Assembly (NCBI GenBank): GCA_026981935.1
Contig: JALSIC010000026.1
Location: forward strand, 65 to 64,064
From: Gammaproteobacteria bacterium
GTDB lineage: Bacteria > Pseudomonadota > Gammaproteobacteria > SZUA-140
Direction of reading: 5' to 3'
Length of the DNA stretch: 64,000 nucleotides
The notes below the pieces were generated by a model, which was not told the origin of the DNA, ran no database searches, and saw only the letters and a program-made list of their open reading frames with translations. Below are positions 21,218-34,304 of this stretch, in pieces. A program made the position numbers and the translations under genes. Numbering within the stretch: position 1 is the stretch's first letter; each line of letters starts with the position of its first letter.

Positions 21218-21684
21218 ATTACTGGCTCCTCAAATCCGAACCGTCCGTCTTCAGTCTCGACGACCTGCGCAAGGCGCCGGGGGGACGGGATCACTGGGAC
21301 GGCGTGCGCAATTATCAGGCCCGCAACTACCTTTGTGCCATGGCGGAGGGCGACCAGGCCTTTTTCTATCACTCCAATTGTGTCAGGCCGGGCATCGTCG
21401 GCATTGTCGAGATCTGCCGGGCCGCCTATCCCGACCACACGGCCTTCGACCCCCACAGTCCCTACCACGACCCCCGGAGCACACACGCCAATCCGCGCTG
21501 GTACATGGTGGACGTCCGTTTCCTGGGCGCGCTGGCCCGCCCCGTGCCACTGTCCGAGTTGAAACAGCACCCCGAACTGGCTGAACTGCCGCTGGTACAG
21601 CGTGGCTGCCGCCTCTCGGTGATGCCCGTCACGGCGGCGCAATGGCAATTCATTCTGGCTCTGGCCGAACGGAACAACCCTTAG
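21214..21684 (+). CDS. EVE (PUA-like) domain protein
   Basis: Starts at MNYWLLKSEP, typical of EVE-domain proteins; 4-nt overlap with the ygfA stop. Confidence 0.75.
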   Translation: MNYWLLKSEPSVFSLDDLRKAPGGRDHWDGVRNYQARNYLCAMAEGDQAFFYHSNCVRPGIVGIVEICRAAYPDHTAFDPHSPYHDPRSTHANPRWYMVDVRFLGALARPVPLSELKQHPELAELPLVQRGCRLSVMPVTAAQWQFILALAERNNP

Positions 21685-21992
21685 AACAACCCTTCCATAA
21701 TCGACTGCAGCGTCGAGAACTCATGGACAGCACCGTACTTCATGGCGGCTGCACGACTGTCCGCGAACCTGTATCCATAGTGTTTCCCGCTTACATGTCG
21801 CGCCGGCCGCGTGTTGTTCCCGATACCCCGGCACATGCAACCATCGTGTCCTGCCGACTGCATGGCGTTTTTTTCAAGAATCGATGGCGATCGTCGATAC
21901 ACTCTCTCGAACATAAATTTTTTTGCGCAAACACTGGCATTATGTGCAAAGATGTTTATACTTAACTGCGTTTAACACTTGGAGGACATACA

Positions 21993-22244
21993 ATGGCCAC
22001 AAAAAAATCTGTCGCCAAAAAGAAGGCAGCCACCAAGAAGAAAGCTGCTGCGAAAAAGAAAACAACCGCCAAGAAGAAGACCGTAACCAAGAAGAAAGTC
22101 GCAACCAAGAAGAAAGCCGCTGCCAAGAAGCGGGCAGGAACCAAGAAGAAAGCCGCAGCAAAGAAAAAGGCGGGAGCCAAAAAGAAGGCAGCCACCAAGA
22201 AGAAAGCTGCCGCAAAGAAGAAAGCCGCAGCAAAGAAGAAGTAA
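21993..22244 (+). CDS. Histone H1-like Lys/Ala-rich nucleoid protein
   Basis: 83 aa made almost entirely of AKKK/TKKK repeats; GGAGGA RBS 9 nt upstream; followed by a strong intrinsic terminator. Confidence 0.7.
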   Translation: MATKKSVAKKKAATKKKAAAKKKTTAKKKTVTKKKVATKKKAAAKKRAGTKKKAAAKKKAGAKKKAATKKKAAAKKKAAAKKK

Positions 22245-22303
22245 TCAGAAGTGACAGGGTCGATGAACCGGCGGCAAAGCCGGTTTCAACCACCCTGACC
22301 GTG

Positions 22304-22331
22304 AAAAGGCCCGCCAAGGCGGGCCTTTTCA
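22304..22331. terminator. Bidirectional rho-independent terminator (serves the H1-like gene on + and ilvA on -)
   Basis: AAAAGGCCCGCC-aagg-GGCGGGCCTTTTC: GC hairpin flanked by an A-tract and a T-tract. Confidence 0.75.
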
Positions 22332-22355
22332 CTTGAGGAAAGCCCCGCAGGCTTT

Positions 22356-23951
22356 TCAGGAAACCCCTCCCAGAAACAGCTCATAGGCCGGGTTGCCGCT
22401 CTCCTCCCAGTACTCGTATCCCAGGCCGTCGAGGAAGGCACGCAGCTCGCCCCTCTCCTGCGCGGGCACCTGAATGCCCACCAATACCCGGCCATAGGCC
22501 GCGCCATGGTTGCGATAGTGGAACAGGCTGATGTTCCAGCGCTGGCCGATGCAGCTCAGGAAGTCCAGGAGCGCCCCCGGTCGCTCCGGAAATTCGAAAC
22601 GATAGAGGGTCTCGTCCGCCACGTTACCGGCACGCCCCCCCACCATGTAACGCACATGGAGCTTGGCCATCTCGTTGTCGGTCATGTCCACCACGGGATA
22701 GTCGCGGCTGCGCAACTGGGCGATGATCTCGTTCTTCTCTTCCACGCCATGATTGAGCTGGATACCGGCAAAGACATGGGCGCGCCTGGGATCGGCATAG
22801 CGATAATTGAACTCGGTGATGCCCCGCTTGCCGATCACCCGGCAGAACTTGAGAAAACTGCCCGGTCGCTCCGGGATGGTGACGGCCAGCAGGGCCTCAC
22901 GGCGTTCCCCCACCTCGGCGCGCTCGGCGACATGACGCAGACGATCGAAGTTGATGTTGGCGCCGCTGTTGATGGCCACGAGGCGCCGGTCGCGCAGGCG
23001 ACGGCGCTGTACGTATTTCTTCAGACCCGCCACCGCCAGGGCCCCCGCGGGTTCCGCAATGGTGCGACAGTCATCGAAGATGTCCTTGATGGCGGCGCAG
23101 ATCTCGTCCGTGCTCACCAGGACCACACTGTCCACGCAGTCGCGGGCGATACGGAACGGTTCCTTGCCCACCTGGCGCACGGCCACGCCGTCGGCAAAGA
23201 TGCCGACCTGGTCCAGCACCACCCGGCGCCCATGCTTGAGGGCGGCGTGCAGGCACGGCGCATCGTCCGGCTCCACCCCGATCACCTTGATCCGGGGATA
23301 GAGCGCCTTGACGTAGGCGGCCACGCCTGCCACGAGGCCGCCGCCGCCCACCGGCACGAATAGGGCGTACAGCCCGTCGGCACTGTGATGGAGGATCTCC
23401 GCCGCCACCGTACCCTGCCCGGCAATGACATCGGGATCGTCGTAGGGATGAATGAAGGTCATGCCCCGTTCCGCGCCCAGTTCGCAGGCCCTGGCGCAGG
23501 CCTCGTCATAGGTGTCACCGTGAAGCACCACGCGTGCCCCCCAGTGGCGCACCGCCTCCACCTTGATGCCCGGCGTGGTCCGGGGCATGACGATGAGGGC
23601 CTGGATCCCCAGGCGTTGCGCCGCAAGGGCCACCCCCTGGGCGTGGTTGCCCGCCGAGGCCGCGATCACGCCCTTCTCCCGCGCCGCCTGCTTCAGGTTC
23701 ACCATCTTGTTGTAGGCACCGCGCAGCTTGAAGGAAAAGACCGGCTGCAGATCCTCGCGCTTGAGCAGTATCTCGTTGTCCATGCGCGCCGAAAGCGCCG
23801 CCATGCGTTCCAGGGGGGTTTCGCGCGCCACGTCGTAGACCCGTGCCTTGAGTATTCTGGTCAGATAATGATTTCTCACGCCATTCCTCTCCCGTTGCTC
23901 AGCATCCTGTGTCTGCCGCCTCATGACAATCAGGCATGCTGTGGTTATCAT
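22356..23951 (-). CDS. ilvA: Biosynthetic threonine dehydratase
   Basis: 531 aa; PLP-lysine motif SFKLRGAYN and two C-terminal ACT-like regulatory domains. Confidence 0.9.
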   Translation of the reverse strand: MITTACLIVMRRQTQDAEQRERNGVRNHYLTRILKARVYDVARETPLERMAALSARMDNEILLKREDLQPVFSFKLRGAYNKMVNLKQAAREKGVIAASAGNHAQGVALAAQRLGIQALIVMPRTTPGIKVEAVRHWGARVVLHGDTYDEACARACELGAERGMTFIHPYDDPDVIAGQGTVAAEILHHSADGLYALFVPVGGGGLVAGVAAYVKALYPRIKVIGVEPDDAPCLHAALKHGRRVVLDQVGIFADGVAVRQVGKEPFRIARDCVDSVVLVSTDEICAAIKDIFDDCRTIAEPAGALAVAGLKKYVQRRRLRDRRLVAINSGANINFDRLRHVAERAEVGERREALLAVTIPERPGSFLKFCRVIGKRGITEFNYRYADPRRAHVFAGIQLNHGVEEKNEIIAQLRSRDYPVVDMTDNEMAKLHVRYMVGGRAGNVADETLYRFEFPERPGALLDFLSCIGQRWNISLFHYRNHGAAYGRVLVGIQVPAQERGELRAFLDGLGYEYWEESGNPAYELFLGGVS

Positions 23952-23987
23952 GGTTGCATTGTATCAGCCCGAAGGGAGAGACCACGC

Positions 23988-24644
23988 ATGACACGGGACG
24001 ACATGAAGAAAATGGCCGCCGAGGCGGCGCTGGAATACGTGGAGGCCGGCACCGTCGTCGGCGTGGGCACCGGTTCCACCGCCAATCATTTCATCGATGC
24101 CCTGGCACGCATCAAGCACAAGATCGACGGCGCGGTAGCCAGCTCCGAGGCCACTGCCCAACGGCTCCAGTCCCACGGCATCCCGGTGCTGGATCTCAAT
24201 GCCGTGGACGAGCTGCCCCTGTATGTGGATGGAGCCGACGAGAGCAACAAGTACCTGCATCTGATCAAGGGCGGTGGCGGTGCCCTGACCCGCGAGAAGA
24301 TCGTCGCTGCCGTCAGCCGCACCTTCGTCTGTATCGCCGACGATTCCAAGCTGGTGGACGTCCTGGGCGCCTTTCCCCTGCCCATCGAGGTCATTCCCAT
24401 GGCCCGCAGTTATGTCGCCCGCCAGCTCCTCCAGCGGGGCGGCAGGCCGGTGCTGCGTGAAGGCTTCGTCACCGACAACGGCAACCAGATCCTCGACGTT
24501 CACAATCTCGAGATCCTGGATCCCGTGCAGCTGGAGTCGGAACTGAACCAGATCGTGGGCATCGTCACCAATGGCCTGTTTGCCCGTCGGCCCGCCGACG
24601 TGCTGCTCCTGGGCACGGAACAGGGGGTCAGAAAACTGACCTGA
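23988..24644 (+). CDS. rpiA: Ribose-5-phosphate isomerase A
   Basis: 218 aa; RpiA motifs ([23 protein letters not shown]); start at the internal ATG of the longer ORF. Confidence 0.9.
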   Translation: MTRDDMKKMAAEAALEYVEAGTVVGVGTGSTANHFIDALARIKHKIDGAVASSEATAQRLQSHGIPVLDLNAVDELPLYVDGADESNKYLHLIKGGGGALTREKIVAAVSRTFVCIADDSKLVDVLGAFPLPIEVIPMARSYVARQLLQRGGRPVLREGFVTDNGNQILDVHNLEILDPVQLESELNQIVGIVTNGLFARRPADVLLLGTEQGVRKLT

Positions 24645-24672
24645 GGCCATTTTCAAGAGGGAGTCCCGCGCC

Positions 24673-24873
24673 ATGCAGAAGACCCTCATCACCATCGGCC
24701 TCATCCTGGTGCTGGCGGGCATCCTCTGGCCCTGGCTCGCCAAGAGCGGTCTGGGGCGCCTCCCCGGGGATATCGTGGTGGAACGGGACAACTTCCGGTT
24801 CTACTTTCCCGTGACCACGGCGGTTCTCATCAGTCTGGTGTTGAGCCTGATTTTCTGGTTGCTGCGGAAGTGA
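24673..24873 (+). CDS. DUF2905 small membrane protein
   Basis: 66 aa with two TM helices flanking a GRLPGDIVVERDNFRFYFP motif. Confidence 0.6.
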   Translation: MQKTLITIGLILVLAGILWPWLAKSGLGRLPGDIVVERDNFRFYFPVTTAVLISLVLSLIFWLLRK

Positions 24874-24915
24874 TTTGTGTGAGGTGCGAGGGGTAAGGCG
24901 TGAAGCGTAAGGAGC

Positions 24916-24945
24916 GCCGACTTGCAGTCGGCATGCCGTGTGCAG
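24916..24945. repeat. REP-like hairpin GCCGACTTGCAGTCGGC
   Basis: Same palindrome as at 100-115 and 187-202, with the loop in opposite orientation. Confidence 0.6.
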
Positions 24946-25009
24946 CAAGGCGATCCGGCATCAGCCCTCTGCTGAATCCTCTACTCCTCTGGACGCCCAG
25001 CGTATCATC

Positions 25010-28000
25010 CTACAACAACACCCGCTCGATCCCCCCGGCCTGTGCCCGCTCGATGAAACGCTGCTGCCAGCCCTCGCCCAGGAGACGGTTGGCCAGCTCC
25101 ACCACGATATAGTCTGTCTCCAGGCCCGTGTCCTCGCGATAGCGCGACAGGCCCTGCTGGCAGGCGGGACACGAAGTCAGCAGCTTCACCTCGCCCCCGG
25201 TCACCTGCGTCGTGCCCGTCAGTTCCCGGATCCCCTGACGCAATTCCTCTTCCTTGCGGAACCGCACCTGGGTGGCAACATCGGGACGGGAGACCGCGAA
25301 GGTGCCCGCCTCCCCGCAGCAGCGGTCCGAAAGCCGTACCTCGGCCCCGCCCAGCAGGCCCGAAGCCACCTGCAGGGGATCGTGCTGCTTCATGGGGGCA
25401 TGACAGGGGTCATGATAGAGATAGCGGACCCCCGGCACGTCCGTGAGGGCCACGCCCTTTTCCTGGAGATATTCGTGAATGTCCAGGAGGCGGCACCCGG
25501 GAAATATTTCCTGAAACTGATAGAGGAGCAATTGATCCATGCAGGTGCCGCAGGAAACGATGACCGTCTTGATGTCCAGGTAGTTGAGCGTATTGGCCAC
25601 CCGGTGGAACAGGACCCGGTTCTCCGTGGTGATCTGGCGGCCGCGGAGGTCGTCACCCACCGAGCGCTGGGGATAACCGCAGCAGAGGTAACCCGGCGGC
25701 AACACCGTCTGCACGCCCGCTTCGTAGAGCATGGCCAGGGTGGCCAGGGCGATCTGGCTGAACAGGCGTTCCGAGCCGCAGCCGGGAAAATAGAACACGG
25801 CCTCCGTATCCTCGCTGGTGCGCTGCGGATCCCGCAGGATGGGCACCAGAGTCTTGTCCTCGATGCCCAACAGGGCCCGCGTGGTGCGACTGGGCAGATT
25901 GCCCGGCAGGGGCTTTTTCACGAAATGGATCACCTGCACGGGGATGGCGGGCTTCCCGGTGGTGGCGGCGGGCCGTCTCCGCCCGCCGGCCAGCCCCAGG
26001 CGCCTGGCCAGCCGATGTCCCAGGCGTTGCACGCGGCTGCCCCATTGCACGACGCCGGTGCGCAAGGCGCGGATGCGCAGGGGATCGGTGGCATTGAGGT
26101 AGGCCATGGCCAGGCGCGTGCCCAGGTTGAGCCGCTGCTGCCCGCGGGCGCGCAGGATATTGCGCATGCGGATGGAGACGTCGCCGAAATCGATGTCCAC
26201 GGGACAGGCGGGCAGGCACTTGTGACAGACGGTGCAGTGGTCGGCGACGTCGGCCAGTTCGTCGAAATGGCGCACCGAGACACCGCGGCGGGTCTGTTCC
26301 TCGTAGAGAAAGGCCTCGAGGATCAGGCCCGTGGCGAGGATCTTGTTGCGTGGCGAATAGAGCAGGTTGGCGCGTGGTACGTGGGTGCTGCACACCGGCT
26401 TGCACTTGCCGCAGCGCAGGCAATGACGGATGTCGTCGTTGAGCGCGCCCAGTTCGCTCTCTTCCAGGATCAGGGCCTCCTGCTGCACCAGCCGCAGGGA
26501 GGGGGTGTAGGCCCGCTCCAGGCCGGAACCCGGCAGCAGCTTGCCGCGGTTGAACACGCCGCGGGGATCGATACGTTCCTTGTACCGTGCAAAGGCCTCC
26601 AGGGCTTCGGGTTCCAGATACTGGATCTTGGTGAGACCGATGCCGTGCTCCCCCGAGATCACTCCCCCCAGGGAGACCGCCAGCGCCATGATGCGGTCCA
26701 CGATACGCTCCGCTTCCTGGAGCATTTCGTAATCGTTGGAATTGACCGGGATGTTGGTATGCACGTTGCCGTCGCCGGCATGCATGTGCAGCGCGACGAA
26801 CAGTCGGCCGGAACGGATGCGGTGATGGATTTCATCGAAGCGCGCATGTACCGGCGCATACTCCAGGCCCCCGAAGATCTCCTTCAGGGGGCGCTCCACC
26901 TCGCTGCGGTAGGAGATGCGCTGGTCACGGCGCAGCAGCAGGTCCAGGACCCGGTCGCCGGAACGGCAGCGGGCGCGCGCCGGCGCATCGAACAGTGTCT
27001 CATGCGCAAGGGCCGGATCGTCCAGGTGTGCGAGCAGCCTTTCCCAGCGCTCGCGCACTGCGGTCAGATGCGCACGCGCGGCATCGATCTTGGTGGCAAT
27101 GATGGCGCGGTCCTCCTGGCTCGCCTCGGACTCCGGCAGGAGCCGCATGTGGGGCAGCTCGTCGCGCAGAAAGGTATCCAGGGCCTCGATCATGCGCAGC
27201 TTGTTGTGCGTGGACTGTTCGATGTTGATGCGCTCTATGTGCTCGCTGTATTCGCCCAGGCGCTCCAGGGGGATGACCACGTCCTCGTTGATCTTGAAGG
27301 CGTTGGTGTGGGCGGCGATGGCGGCGGTGCGGGCGCGGTCGGCCCAGAAGCGCCGCCGCGCCTCGGGACTCGCGGCGACGAAGCCCTCGGCCTGGCGCCG
27401 GTTGGCGATGCGCACCACCGCTGCCGCGGTCTCGCCCAGGCGGTCCTCGTCGTCACTCGCCAGGTCCATGAGCAGCACCATCTTGGGCAGGCCGGGACGC
27501 GGTGCCTTGGGGGCATAACCCACCGCCTTGAGATAGCGTTCGTCCAGATGCTCCAGCCCTGCGAGCAGGACGCCCTCCCTGGCTTCGCAATGACGGACGA
27601 TCTCGACAATGGTATCGACGGCGCCCTTGATGTCGGGGCCGTGGAATTCCAGGCACACGGTGCGTCCGTGACGGGGCTGGCGATGGAGCAGGAACACCGC
27701 CGAGGTGATGAAACCGTCGCAGCCTTCCTTCTGCACACCGGGCAGGCCGCCGAGAAACTTGTTGGTGACGTCCTTGCCCAGTCCGGCACGGCGAAAGGCG
27801 CGCCCCGGCAGTTTCAGCTCCGTGGGTTCGCCCTGGACCGTCACGCCGTCCGGCGCATAGCGGGTGATACGGAAGCGGACCTCCGCCTGGTCGTGGATTC
27901 TGCCCAGGTTGTGATCCAGGCGTTCCACCTCCAGCCAGTGGGCATCGGGCGTCACCATGCGCCAGGACACGAGGTTGTCCACGGTGGTGCCCCACAACAC

Positions 28001-28873
28001 CGCCTTCTTCCCGCCGGCATTCATGGCGATGTTGCCGCCGATGGTACAGGCATCCTGGGAAGTGGGATCCACGGCGAACACCAGGCCATGCCTTTCGGCG
28101 AGTTCCGCCACCCGGCGGGTCACCACGCCCGCCTCGGCACGCACCACGGCCACCTCCCGGTCGACGCCGGGCAGGCGGCGGTATTCCACGGGGCCCAGCC
28201 CCTCCAGCTTCTCCGTGTTGATCACCGCCGTGTCGGGATGGAGCGGCACGGCACTGCCGGTGTAACCCGTGCCGCCGCCGCGGGGGATGATGGTGAGCCC
28301 CAGGTCGATACAGGCCTGCACCACGGGCTGGATCTCCTCCTCGCTGTCGGGGGTGATCACGACGAAGGGAAACTCCACGCGCCAGTCGGTGGCGTCCGTG
28401 ACATGGGCGACGCGGGCGAGGCCGCCGAAATCGATGTTGTCGCGTCGCGTCACCTGCGAAAGGCGCTGCAAGGCCGCCCGGCGCAACTGACGCTGGCGGG
28501 GCAGCCAGTCCTCGAAATCACGCACCGCGCGGCGCGCCGCCGCGACCAGCTGCAGGGCCAGCTCGTTGTCTTCGGCGCGGGCCACGATCTGATCCAGGCG
28601 GTGGTGCAGGGCCCGGGTGAGAGAACGCCAGCGCCGCGCATTTTCCAGCAGATCGTCCTGGAGATAAGGGTTGCGCACGACGACCCACATGTCCCCCAGC
28701 ACCTCGAACAGCATGCGCGCCGAGCGCCCCGTGCGACGTTCGCGACGCAGACGGTTGAGCACCGTCCATTGCGCCTCGCCGAGAAAGCGGATGACGATCT
28801 CACGGTCGGAAAATGAGGTGTAGTTGTAGGGGATCTCGCGGATACGGGCCGCCGGTTCCGTCATGATGGTCAC
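25010..28873 (-). CDS. Large DUF3683/FAD-binding (PCMH)/FAD-oxidase-C/4Fe-4S/CCG-domain oxidoreductase (YdiJ/D-2-hydroxyacid dehydrogenase-like fusion)
   Basis: 1287 aa; FAD-binding region ([15 protein letters not shown]), two ferredoxin-type Cys clusters ([23 protein letters not shown]) and C-terminal CCG cysteine-rich domains; probable GTG start. Confidence 0.8.
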   Translation of the reverse strand: MTIMTEPAARIREIPYNYTSFSDREIVIRFLGEAQWTVLNRLRRERRTGRSARMLFEVLGDMWVVVRNPYLQDDLLENARRWRSLTRALHHRLDQIVARAEDNELALQLVAAARRAVRDFEDWLPRQRQLRRAALQRLSQVTRRDNIDFGGLARVAHVTDATDWRVEFPFVVITPDSEEEIQPVVQACIDLGLTIIPRGGGTGYTGSAVPLHPDTAVINTEKLEGLGPVEYRRLPGVDREVAVVRAEAGVVTRRVAELAERHGLVFAVDPTSQDACTIGGNIAMNAGGKKAVLWGTTVDNLVSWRMVTPDAHWLEVERLDHNLGRIHDQAEVRFRITRYAPDGVTVQGEPTELKLPGRAFRRAGLGKDVTNKFLGGLPGVQKEGCDGFITSAVFLLHRQPRHGRTVCLEFHGPDIKGAVDTIVEIVRHCEAREGVLLAGLEHLDERYLKAVGYAPKAPRPGLPKMVLLMDLASDDEDRLGETAAAVVRIANRRQAEGFVAASPEARRRFWADRARTAAIAAHTNAFKINEDVVIPLERLGEYSEHIERINIEQSTHNKLRMIEALDTFLRDELPHMRLLPESEASQEDRAIIATKIDAARAHLTAVRERWERLLAHLDDPALAHETLFDAPARARCRSGDRVLDLLLRRDQRISYRSEVERPLKEIFGGLEYAPVHARFDEIHHRIRSGRLFVALHMHAGDGNVHTNIPVNSNDYEMLQEAERIVDRIMALAVSLGGVISGEHGIGLTKIQYLEPEALEAFARYKERIDPRGVFNRGKLLPGSGLERAYTPSLRLVQQEALILEESELGALNDDIRHCLRCGKCKPVCSTHVPRANLLYSPRNKILATGLILEAFLYEEQTRRGVSVRHFDELADVADHCTVCHKCLPACPVDIDFGDVSIRMRNILRARGQQRLNLGTRLAMAYLNATDPLRIRALRTGVVQWGSRVQRLGHRLARRLGLAGGRRRPAATTGKPAIPVQVIHFVKKPLPGNLPSRTTRALLGIEDKTLVPILRDPQRTSEDTEAVFYFPGCGSERLFSQIALATLAMLYEAGVQTVLPPGYLCCGYPQRSVGDDLRGRQITTENRVLFHRVANTLNYLDIKTVIVSCGTCMDQLLLYQFQEIFPGCRLLDIHEYLQEKGVALTDVPGVRYLYHDPCHAPMKQHDPLQVASGLLGGAEVRLSDRCCGEAGTFAVSRPDVATQVRFRKEEELRQGIRELTGTTQVTGGEVKLLTSCPACQQGLSRYREDTGLETDYIVVELANRLLGEGWQQRFIERAQAGGIERVLL

Positions 28874-29080
28874 TTTGTGAAGTTTTTTCCGAATATGCCG
28901 ATGATACCAGGGCGACGGGGCAAAGAAGCAGGGCCTCGGGGACAGCAGAGTCTACCACGGCTTGCCCACGGGAACAGCCTGCGACCTGGGGGGATATTCA
29001 CCTCGTCCCGGGGTATGCCGGCTTCTGGGCATACATCACGAGGGATGGGGACGTACGACAACAGGAAACGACACGCAGTC

Positions 29081-30181
29081 ATGGCCGTACCGGAACAGGA
29101 AATGCAGCTCGAAAGCCTGCGCGCGCTGGAGCCCCTCTCCGCGCTGGCCCACGACCAGCTGCGGGAACTGGCCCGGCTCTCGCGCCGGGAAACCCTGGAG
29201 GCAGGTGCCTGCCTGTTCCGTGAGGGTGAATCCGACGGGCAGACCATCTATCTGCTGCGCGGCAGCCTGGAACTCTCCCGCGCCGGCAGCACCGTCAGGA
29301 AGCTTCTCCAGGGCGGCAGCGAGGAAGCCCGGCATCCCGTGGCCGACGAGAAACCGCGTCGCTACACCGCTACCGCCGCCACGCCGGCGGAAGTCGTCTA
29401 CATCGACAAGGAGCTGCTGGACACCCTGATCACCTGGGGTCAGATCTCGGCGCCGGAAGAGGAAGTGGTGATGTGCGAGGATGGCATCATCACCATCAAC
29501 AAGGGTGACTGGCTCAAGACCATGATCAAGTCACCCACCTTCCGCAATCTTCCCCCCGCCCATATCGAGACCCTGCTCACCCGCCTCGAACCCGTGGTGG
29601 TCAAGGCAGGCGATGTCATCATCCGCCAGGGCGATGCCGGCGACTATTTCTACATGATCGACCAGGGCGTGGCCATGGTCACGCGCAATCCCGACGACGA
29701 TGAAGACTCCATCGAAATGGCCGAGCTGAATGCCGGCGACACCTTCGGCGAGGCGGCACTGATCTCCGACAACCCCCGCAATGCCACGGTCTCCATGATG
29801 TCCGACGGTATCCTGCTGCGCCTTTCCAAGGAAGATTTTCTCCAGCTTCTGAAACAACCCACCCTGCGCTGGCAAAGCTTCGAGAGCGCATGCGAGGCCG
29901 TGGCACGCGGTGCCCGCTGGATAGACGTGCGCCTGCCCGCAGAATACCGGCGCGGCCACCTGCCCGGTGCCCTCAACATCCCCATGCGCGACCTGCACCG
30001 GGAAGCGCGCGAACTGGATCCCGCCGTGCCCTATATCTGCTATTGCCAGACGGGACGGCGCAGCTCCGCCGCCGCCTTCGTCCTGGCCCAGTACGGCCTC
30101 CAGGCCAGCGTCCTCGAAAACGGCCTCGATGCCGTGGCACCCGGGCACCTGACCAGTGCCGGGTCCCCGGCCGCCTCCTGA
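29081..30181 (+). CDS. Tandem cyclic-nucleotide-binding (CAP effector) domains fused to a C-terminal rhodanese
   Basis: Two cNMP-binding beta-barrel signatures plus a rhodanese with active-site loop CYCQTGRRS; start at the internal Met MAVPEQEM. Confidence 0.75.
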   Translation: MAVPEQEMQLESLRALEPLSALAHDQLRELARLSRRETLEAGACLFREGESDGQTIYLLRGSLELSRAGSTVRKLLQGGSEEARHPVADEKPRRYTATAATPAEVVYIDKELLDTLITWGQISAPEEEVVMCEDGIITINKGDWLKTMIKSPTFRNLPPAHIETLLTRLEPVVVKAGDVIIRQGDAGDYFYMIDQGVAMVTRNPDDDEDSIEMAELNAGDTFGEAALISDNPRNATVSMMSDGILLRLSKEDFLQLLKQPTLRWQSFESACEAVARGARWIDVRLPAEYRRGHLPGALNIPMRDLHREARELDPAVPYICYCQTGRRSSAAAFVLAQYGLQASVLENGLDAVAPGHLTSAGSPAAS

Positions 30182-30198
30182 GCTGAGCACCCCCCCTG

Positions 30199-30258
30199 CC
30201 AGAATCACGGCCAGAATCACGGCCAGAATCACGGCCAGAATCACGGCCAGAATCACGT
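30199..30258. repeat. Tandem array of CAGAATCACGGC, 5 units
   Basis: Direct reading, immediately 3' of the cNMP-rhodanese gene. Confidence 0.8.
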
Positions 30259-30296
30259 CCGGCTCGCCGCCTCCCTCATCCGACCTCCGACCGCGA

Positions 30297-30731
30297 TCAG
30301 GCCATGCCCAGCACCACGCCGTAACGCAGCAGCTTGCCCACGGCGACGAACAACAGGGCCGGCCAGAATCCCACGCGCAGCCAGCCCGCGGCAAGACAGA
30401 GGGGATCGCCCACGACGGGGAGCCAGGACAGCAACAATGCAGGGCTGCCCCAGCGCCGCAACCGGGCCAGCGCCGACTTCTGCGCGGGCCTTCGCAGCAG
30501 CCGGTGGCCGGGCCAGCGCCATGCCAGAAGACGCCCCAGCCCCCAGGAACTCATCCCGCCGAGGGTGTTCCCGGCGCCGGCCACCAGCAGCAGGGTCAGC
30601 GTTTCATGACGGCCCTGCCCCGCAAGCCAGTACAGCAGGGCCTCCGACCCCCCTGGCAAGAGCGAAGCCGAAACAAAGGCGCTGGCAAACAGCGCCCACA
30701 GTTCCACGGTGGCATCCCTGGCTTTTTCCAT
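30297..30731 (-). CDS. DedA/YqaA family (SNARE-associated) membrane protein
   Basis: 144 aa; YqaA-like TM pattern (LPGGSEALLYWL...GNTLG). Confidence 0.7.
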   Translation of the reverse strand: MEKARDATVELWALFASAFVSASLLPGGSEALLYWLAGQGRHETLTLLLVAGAGNTLGGMSSWGLGRLLAWRWPGHRLLRRPAQKSALARLRRWGSPALLLSWLPVVGDPLCLAAGWLRVGFWPALLFVAVGKLLRYGVVLGMA

Positions 30732-30816
30732 GATCTGCAGGCGGATCTGAACGGGGATGAGATCGGACAGCGAAACGGCAACGGGAACCGGGGCAGACAG
30801 TGCTGGGACAGGACAC

Positions 30817-30850
30817 CCGTTACAGGCCCGTTACAGGCCCGTTACAGGCA
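30817..30850. repeat. Tandem array of CCGTTACAGGC, 3 units
   Basis: Direct reading. Confidence 0.6.
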
Positions 30851-30861
30851 AGGATACAGGC

Positions 30862-30900
30862 AAAAAAAAGCGGCCGGAAGCCGCCAAGAGTTTTGTTTTT
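30862..30900 (-). terminator. Rho-independent terminator (minus-strand orientation: hairpin GCGGC-n5-GCCGC followed by T8)
   Basis: The plus strand reads AAAAAAAAGCGGCCGGAAGCCGCC; on the minus strand the GC hairpin is followed directly by an 8-U tract. Confidence 0.5.
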
Positions 30901-31154
30901 CTGTAATTATTGTTATTAATCTTGGACGGCTGAATGCTTCCCTCCCGCCCATGAGTCTCTTAATCTAATCACCCATGGATTGTAAGTCAAGACTTCTGAT
31001 AAACCCCTCATTGCCAAACTTCACAGCCGGGACATTCATGGGTTACCCTGTGGGCGGGAAGCCGCTGCGTCCGGCCCGCGCCAGCGTGGAACAGGTGTGA
31101 AACAAGCGCGGAAATGGTAACGGTCTGCATTTCTTCTGAAAAAAGGGGCATGCC

Positions 31155-31580
31155 ATGTTGTGGGTCAAAGCCTTTCATGTGATTTTCATGGTCACCTGGT
31201 TTGCCGGCCTGTTCTATCTGCCCCGCCTGTTCGTCTACCACGCCCAGTGTGAAGACAGCCCTGGCGACGAGCGTTTCAAGATCATGGAGCGCAAGCTTTA
31301 TTACGGCATCATGACGCCGGGGGGCATTCTCACCCTCGTCTTCGGCATCTGGTTGCTGCTGGACTACGCCTGGGCCGCCTATTCGGACAGTGGCTGGCTC
31401 CATGCCAAGCTGATGCTGGTACTGCTCCTGGTGGGCTATCACCTCTATTGCGGCCGCCTGGTACGGGTCTTCAAGACCGGAGAGAACCGCCGCAGCCATC
31501 GTTTCTACCGCTGGTTCAACGAGATCCCCGTTTTCTTCCTCATTCTCATCGTCATTCTGGTGGTGGTGAAACCCTTCTGA
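31155..31580 (+). CDS. hemJ: Protoporphyrinogen IX oxidase HemJ (UPF0093/CopD-like)
   Basis: 141 aa; 4 TM helices, conserved HemJ residues (FHVIFMVTWFAGLFYLPRLFVYH). Confidence 0.8.
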   Translation: MLWVKAFHVIFMVTWFAGLFYLPRLFVYHAQCEDSPGDERFKIMERKLYYGIMTPGGILTLVFGIWLLLDYAWAAYSDSGWLHAKLMLVLLLVGYHLYCGRLVRVFKTGENRRSHRFYRWFNEIPVFFLILIVILVVVKPF

Positions 31581-31689
31581 GGAGCCTGCGCGGTTCTTCT
31601 TGTCAAGTCTTTTTCGCGTTTTTCCGTAATCTTATACACAGTCGGCGCAGGAGGGAGGAAAATCGCCGCACAGGGATGCCGGTTTACCG

Positions 31690-31870
31690 GCACAAGCAGT
31701 CGATTTATAATTAACTGTCTGATTTATATATATTTTGTATTTTGGCTCAAATTGTCAGCAAATTATCAAAATCCCAATATTCACGCGACTTAAGGCCCTG
31801 TGATCCCATTTCTTCCACAAAGTTATCCACAGAAATTGTGGAAAACCCCTAAAGTTTCCACAGGGCAATC
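31690..31870. promoter_or_regulatory. AT-rich tract followed by a cluster of DnaA-box-like 9-mers (one perfect TTATCCACA) upstream of priA
   Basis: Perfect box TTATCCACA at 31823-31831; TGTGGAAAA (1 mismatch, inverted) at 31837-31845; CTTCCACAA and GTTTCCACA flanking; preceded by a ~100 bp stretch of >75% AT in a 65% GC genome. Confidence 0.45.
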
Positions 31871-32072
31871 AGTTAGGCAATCTTGATAAGAAGTCTGATA
31901 AAAGATCCTTCTTAATTGGCCCGCCATGATCTCCCCCCTCATGGCGGCGCTCTCATGGTCAGTCACCGCCGCCCCGGGATGGCTTTTTTCACGCAGGCCG
32001 GCGGATGTGACGGGTAACACATCCCGGGAACACATCCCTGGCAACATGCCCTTCGTGTTACCCTGTGCCGCC

Positions 32073-34304
<2,232 letters not shown>

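Noticed and set aside
24938-28816. 1292-aa plus-strand ORF
   Set aside because: It is the antisense shadow of the 1287-aa FAD/Fe-S oxidoreductase gene (25010-28873, minus). The protein is His/Gly/Ala/Arg-rich with no recognisable domains, which is typical of GC-rich mirror-frame artefacts.
31690-31870. Calling the DnaA-box/AT-rich region the chromosomal oriC
   Set aside because: No dnaA, dnaN, gidA or rpmH is nearby and there is no obvious strand-bias switch of genes around it; kept only as a candidate DnaA-binding regulatory site.
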